DNA of 64,000 bases, taken from contig CM059432.1 in NCBI GenBank assembly GCA_030390025.1, forward strand, positions 89,158,001 through 89,222,000, read 5' to 3'. The translations under genes and the position numbers were made by a program. Numbering within the stretch: position 1 is the stretch's first letter; every line of letters begins with the position of its first letter. The notes under the pieces are model-generated. The model saw nothing but the letters and a program-made list of their open reading frames with translations. It had not been told where the DNA came from and searched no databases. This DNA is from Squalus acanthias (lineage: Eukaryota). Positions 27,001 to 38,187 of the stretch are shown piece after piece.

Positions 27001-30000
27001 TTTGAGTTGCGATGGTTTGAGGTGCGATGGTTTGAGGTGCGATGGTTTGAGGTGGATGGTTTGAGGTGGGATGGTTTGAGGTGCGATGGTTTGAGGTGCG
27101 ATGGTTTGAGGTGCGATGGTTTGAGGTGCGATGGTTTGAGGTGCGATGGTTTGAGGTGGGATGGTTTGAGGTGCGATGGTTTGAGGTGCGATGGTTTGAG
27201 GTGGGATGGTTTGAGGTGCGATGGTTTGAGTTGCGATGATTTGAGTTGGGATGGTTTGCGGTGGGATGGTTTGAGGTGGGATGGTTTGAGGTGCGATCGT
27301 TTGAGGTGCGATGGTTTGAGTTGCGATGGTTTGAGGTGCGATGGTTTGAGATGCGATGGTTTGAGGTGGGATGGTTTGAGGTGCGATGGTTTGAGTTGCG
27401 ATGGTTTGAGGAGGGATGGTTTGAGGTGCGATGGTTTGAGGTGGGATGGTTTGAGGTACGATGGTTTGAGGTGGGATGGTTTGAGGTGCGATGGTTTGAG
27501 GTAGGATGGTTTGAGGTGCGATGGTTTGAGGTGGGATGGTTTGAGGTGCGATGGTTTGAGGTGGGATGGTTTGAGGTGCGATGGTTTGAGGTGGGATGGT
27601 TTGAGGTGGGATGGTTTGAGGTGGGATGGTTTGAGGTGGGATGGTTTGAGGTGGGATGGTTTGAGGTGGGATGGTTTGAGGTGGGATGGTTTGAGTTGCG
27701 ATGGTTTGAGATGCGATGGTTTGAGATGCGATGGTTTGAGGTGGGATGGTTTGAGATGCGATGGTTTGAGTTGCGATGGTTTGAGGCGGGATGGTTTGAG
27801 GTGCGATGGTTTGAGGTGGGATGGTTTGAGGTGCGATGGGCTGAGTTGCGATGGTTTGAGATGGGATGGTTTGAGGTGCGATGGTTTGAGGTGCGATGGT
27901 TTGAGGTGCGATGGTTTGAGTTACGATGGTTTGAGGTGCGATGGTTTGAGTTGCGATGGTTTGAGTTGCGATGGTTTGAGGTGGGATGGTTTGAGTTGCG
28001 ATGGTTTGAGGTGGGATGGTTTGAGGTGCGATGGTTTAAGGTGGGATGGTTTGAGGTGCGATGGTTTGAGGTGCGATGGTTTGAGGTGGGATGGTTTGAG
28101 GTGCGATGGATTGAGGTGGGATGGTTTGAGGTGCGATGGTTTGAGGTGGGATGGTTTGAGGTGCGATTGTTTGAGGTGGGATGGTTTGAGGTGCGATGGT
28201 TTGAGGTGGGATGGTTTGAGGTGGGATGGTTTGAGTTGCGATGGTTTGAGGTGGGATGGTTTGAGGTGCGATGGTTTGAGTTGCGATGGTTTGAGTTGCG
28301 ATGGTTTGAGGTGGGATGGTTTGAGGTGCGATGGTTTGAGGTGGGATTGTTTGAGGTGGGATGGTTTGAGTTGCGATGGTTTGAGGTGGGATGGTTTGAG
28401 TTGCGATGGTTTGAGGTGGGATGGTTTGAGGCGGGATGGTTTGAGGTGCGATGGTTTGAGGTGCAATGGTTTGAGTTGCGATGGTTTGAGGTGCGATGGT
28501 TTGAGGTGCGATGATTTGAGTTGGGATGGTTTGAGGTGGGATCGTTTGAGGTGGGATGGTTTGAGGTGCGATGGTTTGAGGTGGATGGTTTGAGGTGGGA
28601 TGGTTTGAGGTGCGATGGTTTGAGGTGGGATGGTTTGAGGTGGGATGGTTTGAGATGCGATGGTTTGAGGTGCGATGGTTTGAGGTGGGATGGTTTGAGG
28701 TGGGATGGTTTGAGATGCGATGGTTTGAGATGCGATGGTTTGAGTTGCGATGGTTTGAGGCGGGATGGTTTGAGGTGCGATGGTTTGAAGTGGGATGGTT
28801 TGAGGTGCGATGGGCTGAGTTGCGATGGTTTGAGATGGGATGGTTTGAGTTGCGATGGTTTGAGGCGGGATGGTTTGAGGTGCGATGGTTTGAGTTGCGA
28901 TGGTTTGAGGTGGGATGGTTTGAGGTGCCATGGTCTGAGTTGCGATGGTTTGAGGTGGGATGGTTTGAGGTGCGATGGTTTGAGTTTCGATGGTTTGAGG
29001 TGGGATGGTTTGAGGTGCGATGGTTTGAGGTGGGATGGTTTGAGGTGGGATGGTTTGAGATGGTATGGTTTGAGGTGGGATGGTTTGAGGTGCGATGGTT
29101 TGAGGTGTGATGGTTTGAGGTGCGATGGTTTGAGCTGCGATGGTTTGAGGTGCTATGGTTTGAGATGGGATGGTTTGAGGTGCGATGGTTTGAGGTGCGA
29201 TGGTTTGAGGTGGGATGGTTTGAGGTGCGAGGGTTTGAGATGGGATGGTTTGAGGTGCGATGGTTTGAGGTGCGATGGTTTGAGGTGGGATGGTTTGAGT
29301 TGCGATGGTTTGAGGTGCGATGGTTTGAGGTGGGATGGTTTGAGGTGCGATGGTTTGAGGTGCGATGGATTGAGGTGGGATGGTTTGAGGTGGGATGGTT
29401 TGAGGTGGGATGGTTTGGGGTGGGATGGTTTGAGTTGCGATGGTTTGAGGTGCGATGGTTTGAGGTGGGATGGTTTGAGGTGGGATTGTTTGAGGTGGGA
29501 TGGTTTGAGTTGCGATGGTTTGAGGTGGGATGGTTTGAGGTGCGATGGTTTGAGATGCGATGGTTTGAGGTGGGATAGTTTGAGGTGGGATATTTTGAGG
29601 TGCGATGGTTTGAGGTGCGATGCTTTGAGGTGGGATAGTTTGAGGTGCGATGGTTTGAGTTGCGATGATTTGAGTTGGGATGGTTTGCGGTGGGATGGTT
29701 TGAGGTGGGATGGTTTGAGATGCGATCGTTTGAGGTGCGATGGTTTGAGTTGCGATGGTTTGAGGTGCGATGGTTTGAGATGCGATGGTTTGAGGTGGGA
29801 TGGTTTGAGGTGCGATGGTTTGAGTTGCGATGGTTTGAGGAGGGATGGTTTGAGGTGCGATGGTTTGAGGTGGGATGGTTTGAGGTACGATGGTTTGAGG
29901 TGGGATGGTTTGAGGTGCGATGTTTTGAGGTAGGATGGTTTGAGGTGCGATGGTTTGAGGTGGGATGGTTTGAGGTGCGATGGTTTGAGGTGGGATGGTT

Positions 30001-33000
30001 TGAGGTGCGATGGTTTGAGGTGGGATGGTTTGAGGTGGGATGGTTTGAGGTGGGATGGTTTGAGGTGGGATGGTTTGAGGTGGGATGGTTTGAGGTGGGA
30101 TGGTTTGAGGTGGGATGGTTTGAGTTGCGATGGTTTGAGATGCGATGGTTTGAGATGCGATGGTTTGAGGTGGGATGGTTTGAGATGCGATGGTTTGAGT
30201 TGCGATGGTTTGAGGCGGGATGGTTTGAGGTGCGATGGTTTGAGGTGGGATGGTTTGAGGTGCGATGGTTTGAGTTGCGATGGTTTGAGGTGGGATGGTT
30301 TGAGGTGCGATGGTTTGAGGTGCGATGGTTTGAGGTGCGATGGTTTGAGTTGCGATGGTTTGAGGTGCGATGGTTTGAGTTGCGATGGTTTGAGTTGCGA
30401 TGGTTTGAGGTGGGATGGTTTGAGTTGCGATGGTTTGAGGTGGGATGGTTTGAGGTGCGATGGTTTGAGGTGGGATGGTTTGAGGTGCGATGGTTTGAGG
30501 TGCGATGGTTTGAGGTGGGATGGTTTGAGGTGCGATGGATTGAGGTGGGATGGTTTGAGGTGCGATGGTTTGAGGTGGGATGGTTTGAGGTGCGATTGTT
30601 TGAGGTGAGATGGTTTGAGGTGGGATGGTTTGAGGTGGGATGGTTTGAGGTGGGATGGTTTGAGGTGCGATGGTTTGAGGTGGGATGGTTTGAGGTGCGA
30701 TGGTTTGAGTTGCGATGGTTTGAGTTGCGATGGTTTGAGGTGGGATGGTTTGAGGTGCGATGGTTTGAGGTGCGATTGTTTGAGGTGGGATGGTTTGAGG
30801 TGCGATGGTTTGAGGTGGGATGGTTTGAGGTGCGATGGTTTGAGGTGGGATGGTTTGAGGTGGGATGGTTTGAGGTGCGATGGTTTGAGGTGCGATGGTT
30901 TGAGTTGCGATGGTTTGAGGTGCGATGGTTTGAGGTGCGATGATTTGAGTTGGGATGGTTTGAGGTGGGATCGTTTGAGGTGGGATGGTTTGAGGTGCGA
31001 TGGTTTGAGGTGGGATGGTTTGAGGTGGGATGGTTTGAGGTGCGATGGTTTGAGGTGGGATGGTTTGAGGTGGGATGGTTTGAGATGCGATGGTTTGAGA
31101 TGCGATGGTTTGAGGTGGGATGGTTTGAGGTGGGATGGTTTGAGATGCGATGGTTTGAGATGCGATGGTTTGAGTTGCGATGGTTTGAGGCGGGATGGTT
31201 TGAGGTGCGATGGTTTGAAGTGGGATGGTTTGAGGTGCGATGGGCTGAGTTGCGATTGTTTGAGATGGGATGGTTTGAGTTGCGATGGTTTGAGGCGGGA
31301 TGGTTTGAGGTGGGATGGTTTGAGTTGCGATGGTTTGAGGTGGGATGGTTTGAGGTGCGATGGTCTGAGTTGCGATGGTTTGAGGTGGGATGGTTTGAGG
31401 TGCGATGGTTTGAGTTTCGATGGTTTGAGGTGGGATGGTTTGAGGTGTGATGTTTTGAGGTGGGATGGTTTGAGGTGCGATGGTTTGAGGTGTGATGGTT
31501 TGAGGTGGGATGGTTTGAGGTGGGATGGTTTGAGGTGGGATGGTTTGAGTTGTGATGGTTTGAGGTGCGATGTTTTGAGGTGGGATGGTTTGAGGTGCGA
31601 TGGTTTGAGGTGGGATGGTTTGAGGTGGGATGGTTTGAGGTGGGATGGTTTGAGGTGGGATGGTTTGAGGTGCGATGGTTTGAGGTGGGATGGTTTGAGT
31701 TGCGATGGTTTGAGGTGGGATGGTTTGAGGTGCGATGGTTTGAGGTGGTATGGTTTGAGGTGCGATGGTTTGAGGTGGGATGGTTTGAGGTGCGATGGTT
31801 TGAGGTGGGATGGTTTGAGGTGGGATGGTTTGAGCTGGGATGGTTTGAGATGGGATGGTTTGAGATGCAATGGTTTGAGGTGCGATGGTTTGAGTTGCGA
31901 TGGTTTGATGTGGGATGGTTTGAGTTGCGATGGTTTGAGGTGGGATGGTTTGAGCTGGGATGGTTTGAGATGGGATGGTTTGAGATGCGATGGTTTGAGG
32001 TGCGATGGTTTGAGTTGCGATGGTTTGAGGTGCGATGATTTGAGTTGCGATGGTTTGAGGTGCAATGGTTTGAGGTGCGATGGTTTGAGTTGGGATGGTT
32101 TGAGGTGGGATGGTTTGAGATGCGATGGTTTGAGATGGGATTGTTTGAGATGCGATGGTTTGAGGTGCGATGGTTTGAGGTGCGATGGTTTGAGATGCGA
32201 TGGTTTGAGGTGCGATGGTTTGAGGTGCGATGGTTTGAGGTGCGATGGTTTGAGGTGCGATGGTTTGAGATGCGATGGTTTGAGGTGCGATGGTTTGAGG
32301 TACGCTGGTTTGAGTTGCGATGGTTTGAGATGCGATGGTTTGAGGTGCGATGGTTTGAGGTGCGATAGTTTGAGGTGCGATGATTTGAGTTGGGATGATT
32401 TGAGGTGCGATGGTTTGAGCTGGGATGGTTTGAGGTGGATGGTTTGAGGTGTGATGGTTTGAGGTGCGATAGTTTGAGGTGTGATGGTTTGAGTTGGGAT
32501 GCTTTGAGGTGCGATGGTTTGAGGTGGGATGGTTTGAGGTGGGATGGTTTGAGGTGGGATGGTTTGAGGTGCGATGTTTTGAGGTGGGATGGTTTGAGGT
32601 GCGATGGTTTGAGGTGGGATGGTTTGAGGTGGGATGGTTTGAGGTGGGATGGTTTGAGGTGGGATGGTTTGAGGTGCGATGGTTTGAGGTGAGATGGTTT
32701 GAGTTGCGATGGTTTGAGGTGGGATGGTTTGAGGTGCGATGGTTTGAGGTGGTATGGTTTGAGGTGCGATGGTTTGAGGTGGGATGGTTTGAGGTGCGAT
32801 GGTTTGAGGTGCGATGGTTTGAGGTGGGATGGTTTGAGGTGGGATGGTTTGAGCTGGGATGGTTTGAGATGGGATGGTTTGAGATGCGATGGTTTGAGGT
32901 GCGATGGTTTGAGTTGCGATGGTTTGAGGTGGGATGGTTTGAGTTGCGATGGTTTGAGGTGGGATGGTTTGAGCTGGGATGGTTTGAGATGGGATGGTTT

Positions 33001-34945
33001 GAGATGCGATGGTTTGAGGTGCGATGGTTTGAGTTGCGATGGTTTGAGGTGCGATGGTTTGAGTTGCGATGGTTTGAGGTGCAATGGTTTGAGGTGCGAT
33101 GGTTTGAGTTGGGATGGTTTGAGGTGGGATGGTTTGAGATGCGATGGTTTGAGATGGGATTGTTTGAGATGCGATGGTTTGAGGTGCGATGGTTTGAGGT
33201 GCGATGGTTTGAGATGCGATGGTTTGAGGTGCGATGGTTTGAGGTGCGATGGTTTGAGGTGCGATGGTTTGAGGTGCGATGGTTTGAGATGCGATGGTTT
33301 GAGGTGCGATGGTTTGAGGTACGCTGGTTTGAGTTGCGATGGTTTGAGATGCGATGGTTTGAGGTGCGATGGTTTGAGGTGCGATAGTTTGAGGTGCGAT
33401 GATTTGAGTTGGGATGGTTTGAGGTGCGATGGTTTGAGGTGGGATGGTTTGAGGTGGGATGGTTTGAGGTGTGATGGTTTGAGGTGCGATAGTTTGAGGT
33501 GTGATGGTTTGAGTTGCGATGGTTTGAGGTGGGATGGTTTGAGGTGGGATGGTTTGAGGTGGGATGGTTTGAGGTGGGATGGTTTGAGGTGCGATGGTTT
33601 GAGGTGGGATGGTTTGAGTTGTGATGGTTTGAGGTGGGATGGTTTGATTGCGATGGTTTGAGATGGGATGGTTTGAGGTACGATGGTTTGAGGTGGGATG
33701 GTTTGAGGTGGGATGGTTTGAGGTGGGATGGTTTGAGGTGGGATGGTTTGAGATGGGATGGTTTGAGTTGCGATGGTTTGAGGTGGGATGGTTTGAGTTG
33801 CGATGGTTTGTGGTGCGATGGTTTGAGTTGAGATGGTTTGAGATGCGATGGTTTGAGGTGCGATGGCTTGAGGTGCGATGGTTTGAGGTGCGAAGGTTTG
33901 AGGTGGGATGGTTTGAGGTGGGATGGTTTGAGATGCGATGGTTTGAGGTGGGATGGTTTGAGGTGGGATGGTTTGAGATGCGATGGTTTGAGGTGGGATG
34001 GTTTGAGGTGGGATGGTTTGAGGTGGGATGGTTTGAGGTGGGATGGTTTGAGGTGGGATGGTTTGAGATGGTATGGTTTGAGGTGGGATGGTTTGAGATG
34101 GGATGGTTTGAGTTGCGATGGTTTGAGATGGGATGGTTTGAGGTGGGATGGTTTGAGATGCGATGGTTTGAGGTGGGATGTTTTGAGGTGGGATGGTTTG
34201 AGGTGGGATGGTTTGTGGTGCGATGGTTTGAGGTGGGATGGTTTGAGTTGCGATGGTTTGAGCTGGGATGGTTTGAGGTGGGATGGTTTGAGATGCGATG
34301 GTTTGAGGTGAGATGGTTTGAGGTGGGATGGTTTGAGGTGGGATGGTTTGAGGTGGAATGGTTTGAGTTGCGATGGTTTGAGGTGGGATGGTTTGACGTG
34401 GGATGGTTTGAGGTGGGATAGTTTGAGGTGGGATGGTTTGAGGTGGGATGGTTTGAGGTGGGATGGTTTGAGGTGCGATGGTTTGAGGTGCGATGGTTTG
34501 AGTTGCGATGGTTTGAGATGCGATGGTTTGAGGTGGGATGGTTTGAGGTGCGATGGTTTGAGGTGGGATGGTTTGAGGTGGGATGGTTTGAGGTGGGATG
34601 GTTTGAGGTGGCATGGTTTGAGGTGGGATGGTTTGAGGTGCGATGGTTTGAGGTGCGATGGTTTGAGGTGGGATGGTTTGAGGTGCGATGGTTTGAGTTG
34701 CGATGGTTTGAGGTGGGATGGTTTGAGGTGGGATGGTTTGAGGTGCGATGGTTTGAGGTGGGATGGTTTTAGATGTGATGGTTTGAGGTGCGATGGTTTG
34801 AGGTGCGATGGTTTGAGGTGGGATGGTTTGAGGTGGGATGGTTTGAGGTGCGATGGTTTGAGGTGGGATAGTTTGAGGTGAGATGGTTTGAGGTGCGATG
34901 GTTTGAGGTGGGATAGTTTGAGGTGAGATGGTTTGAGGTGCGATG
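1..34945. repeat. 15-bp tandem satellite/minisatellite array, consensus GATGGTTTGAGGTG(G/C), ~2,330 units, open at left window edge
   Basis: Continuous 15-bp periodicity. Main variants are GAGGTGG, GAGGTGC, GAGATGC, GAGTTGC, GAGCTGG and GAGGTGA. The array decays abruptly at ...gtgcgatgtttcagaggtgaaaa (~34,945-34,956). Confidence 0.99.
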
Positions 34946-35349
34946 TTTCAGAGGTGAAAATGATGTAGATGTATTACTTTGTTGACATTACTTCATGCCA
35001 CATTTTGTCTTTTATTTCCCATTCTTCTTCTCACTTTAATCCTTTTATCATGAATTGTTCCCTGGCCAATGTCCAAGGTGATAAATTACCCTACAGTTTC
35101 CAGCACTTGCGCACCTTTTAAAGGATTCCCTAAGTTTCCTCATGATCCTGGAAGCATTTAGCAATCCGCCCACCTGTCGCCACTGGCCTCATTTCCTTGT
35201 GGCTGCCTGAGAACCAGTGGTGGATGGGACTTTATTTTATTTACCCCACTAGTAAACTCAGGATAAAAGCAGAAGTGAGGAGTTCCTGACATAGAGGAGG
35301 CTGAAGGTATTTAATAAAAGATTTTTGAAGGTAAGTTTTGCATTCTATC

Positions 35350-37320
35350 TACAGACACCTGCACCTGCTTCTGACTACTTCTTGGAGGCTCAAAACACTG
35401 GCATATTGTTGGACACCCTCCCACCCAATATCAGGAATAACTCAGGAGTAGGTATGGCATTCCACACGGGCACCTTTTCTTGTGATTCTTCTTGGGCCAC
35501 CTTCAAGCAAGGATTGTGGGAAGTACTTGACTCCTTATTCTGCACAGAATGGTTATGAGGTGGCCCTTGCCCATGGCAGCTTGTTCTTGGCATGCCACCT
35601 CTGCCACTTGCATCTCTGAGGGTGCTCCTGGGCAGCTTTGTCTCACCTCCCACGTGTCACTGGGATGGTGCTCTGCTTGGGATGGCTGGAGCGCTGGCAT
35701 GTGCTTCTGTCCTCGGGGGTGGCAGTATCATCCAACTGTGACTCCTGGGTGGCAGGTCCTCCTCCGCATCTTCACCAACACCAACATCTTCCTCCTCCTG
35801 TGTAGCTATTGCTGGCGGTGGAGCCACAGGAAGAAAGGGGAGAAACTAAAAATTGGTGAGAATCATCACTTTGGGATTAAGGAGACCATGATTAGGGTCG
35901 AAGGTTGTGGCCGTGTGGTACTTCACAGGGATACCACGGTCAGTCAGTAATTTGTTGCCACCAAGATGCCGCCAACTCACCAAGAGCTAATTGCTTCCTA
36001 TGAGCTGCTTGGCCTTGTCCTCAAAGGAAGTTGGGGGTAAAAATTGAGTCGCGCCCCATTTGGGGCGCTAACCTCGCCGGGGCGCGACTTTTAGCGCCCC
36101 GAAAAAATTAGCGGCCCCGCGCCGGAACTTCAGTGGTTGCGCCCCAAGAGGGAAGCGGGGCGCAACTGGAAGCAGCCCGCATCCCTCTTGGGGCGCTGCG
36201 AGGGAATATCCTGGCGCTACGTGCCGCAGCGCCAGGCGCTGCGGCACGCCGCGCCGCGGTATTGCAGGCCTTCCTCCCCTTCTTAAAGGGGAGGGACCCT
36301 GCGCAGCGCGAACCGGGGCCCAGCTGGGCCCCCAGGGATCGGGAGTGCCGGCAAAAGAGCCCGGCACTCAAGAGAAGTGCCGGGCTCTTGGAGCGCAGCC
36401 GGCACTTCACGGTGGGGGGGCTTCACGGGGGCCGGGGGCAGGTGCTGGCAGGCGGCCAGCAACAAAAATGGCCGCCTGCCACCTCCGCTTTAAATATCGC
36501 CGCCCCGGCCGCACGTACGCCTCCCTGAACCTGTCGGACATAGCGTCTGGCGGTAAATCAGGGGGCGCGACTGAAGATCACGGCCGGGGTGCTGCGCACG
36601 GCGATGACATCATCGCCGGCGGCGCAGCGCCACAGGGCGCTACCGGCTGCCGCCGCCGCTAACCTCCCACTAAATTTTTCGGGAGGCGTGGGCGGCGCCG
36701 CGCCCGGGCGTTAGCTGCTTTACGCCCCATTAGCGCCCTCTTAAGGCGCTAACGGGAGGCGCAAGCAGCTGAATTTTTCCCCCTAAGGGTTTAAAGGTAT
36801 GGAAACCCCCGCTGCTGGCCTGCCTCTGGTGGGGATTGTGCACCAATTTATCCTGCAAAGACATAAGGTAAGGCTGGCAGTTAAGGAGTATGTGGTAAGT
36901 GGCATGGGAGAGGTGAAGCTGTTGAAGTGGAGGAAGGAGTTTTGGGGTTGTGCAAAGCAGTTGCCATGTGGCGTAGCCATTGTGCAGAATAGGAAGTTGA
37001 AGGCACACTTAACCAGAGAGCATTGAAGGGTTAGTTGTGGAAGTGTTGCTTTAAGAGGGTGAAGTGTGTGCTGGTGTCCGGGGTGGGCAAAGAAGGAAAC
37101 TAAGAAGTGTGCAGTGTGTTACTGTGTCTGTCCTGTGGAACCTCTTGAGCCACTGATCTGCAGTCCTGGCAGTGAAGGAGTTGGCAGTCAGTGACAGTGC
37201 CACCTCCCGCCGGGCAGCACGAGTGATAATTCTAGGTGACTTACATCAGGAATCTGTTTATCCTGCCTTCAGTGCCATCCAGGAGGGCTTGGAGATCTGA
37301 ACAAGTGAAGTTGTTCATCA
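35350..37320 (-). pseudogene. Degenerate spliced Myb/SANT-like accessory gene of an old PIF/Harbinger element, split by a MITE
   Basis: Minus-strand pieces: NFTCSDLQALLDG and (frameshifted) AARREVALSLTANSFTARTADQWLKRF at 37,135-37,320. After a ttgcag acceptor comes DKLVHNPHQRQASSGGFHTFKPL (~36,790-36,856), continuing past the MITE as TSFEDKAKQLIG. A GTATCC donor lies near 35,930, followed by an acidic exon QEEEDVGVGEDAEED. Stops and frameshifts are present. Confidence 0.65.
36034..36783. mobile_element. GC/CpG-rich non-autonomous Harbinger-type MITE (~750 bp)
   Basis: TIRs GGGGTAAAAATT (36,034) and AATTTTTCCCCC (36,772-36,783) match 11/12. Repeated subterminal GGGCGCTA / TTAGCGCCC motifs, a sharp GC step against the flanks, and no credible ORF. 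Confidence 0.8.
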
Positions 37321-37589
37321 ACTGTGACTTGATGCCATGCCCTGCTCCACTCTAGGCAAAGATGGCACTTAAACATTCATAATTGTGTCCAACTGCAATA
37401 AAAATATTGGTCAGACATGCAGTGCAGTAATTTGAGAGAGAAATGAAGGAGCCAAGCAGTATTCCGACCTTTCCTTCTTGTCCTGCAGCATTCTGCTGAA
37501 TAGTGCAGGCTGAATAGTGTATTTAAAAGGCTGCACAGAAGCTTCCTGCTGTTCAGTTGCTTGCACCAGTTTTCTACCAATGCTTGGCC

Positions 37590-38187
37590 CAATGGGTGTG
37601 CAAATGAGTATACCCTGGAAACTCCTGCATATCCTGTGGGAGTTTGTTGAGAGCAGCATGATCCCGAGCTACCACATCTGCGCTAAGTGTCTGCAACTCG
37701 AGGAACTTCAGCTCAGAGTTGTTGAGCTGGAGTCCAAGCTGCAGACACTGCGATGCATCAGGGAAGGGGAGAGTTAGCTGGACTCTTTGTTCCAGGAGGC
37801 AGTCACACCTCTTAGTGTAAGTAGTTCTTTAGAGGTAGTCAATGGTCAGGGACAGGACAGTGTGACTGTGAGTCAGGAAGGTATGGGGACCCAGAATATA
37901 GTGATGGAGGAGCCTCAGCCTTTGCCCTTGTCCAACAGTTATGAGGTTCTTGCTGCCTGTATAGATAAGAACCAGAACTGCAGGGAGGATGGGCAAACTG
38001 ACTACGGCACTGTGGTACAGAAGGCCATTCAAGTGGGGGCGTAGAAATAAATGTAGTAGTGGTAGATGACAGTATAGTCAGGGGGATAGATACTGTTCTC
38101 TGCAGCCGCAACCGGGAGACCCGAAGGCCATGTTGCCTGCCCAGTGCCAGGGTTAAGGACACCTCTTCGCGGCTGGAGAAGAACTTG
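37590..38187 (+). mobile_element. CR1 LINE ORF1 fragment (Cys-rich/coiled-coil N-terminus plus start of SGNH esterase-like domain), degenerate
   Basis: Translation gives WEFVESSMIPSYHICAKCLQLEELQLRVVELESKLQTLRCIRE, PQPLPLSNSYEVL and VDDSIVRGIDTVLC...CCLPSARVKD, typical of vertebrate CR1 ORF1p. In-frame stops are present, and it is cut by a Harbinger insertion. Confidence 0.88.

Noticed and set aside
1306..34614. Giant minus-strand ORFs (up to 2,192 aa; HLKPS/SNHPT/QTIPP repeats) as a mucin-like or pentapeptide-repeat gene
   Set aside because: They are a consequence of a stop-free 15-mer. ORFs switch peptide type at 1-bp indels, and stops arise in all three frames (TTAGAG, TTTAAG and TTTCAG variants). 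There is no non-repetitive domain and no splice acceptor at the array edge.
3..34881. Plus-strand WDGLR/GWFEV repeat ORFs
   Set aside because: Same artefact. They are overlapping, frequently broken, and show no preferred frame.
1..34945. CRISPR array or telomeric repeat
   Set aside because: There are no unique spacers or cas genes and the context is eukaryotic. The unit is 15 bp rather than TTAGGG, and the G-rich strand points toward the unique DNA.
36068..36662. Overlapping GC-rich ORFs as a host gene or first exon
   Set aside because: They lie within a TIR-bounded MITE. The ORFs reflect stop scarcity in GC-rich DNA and have no recognisable domain.
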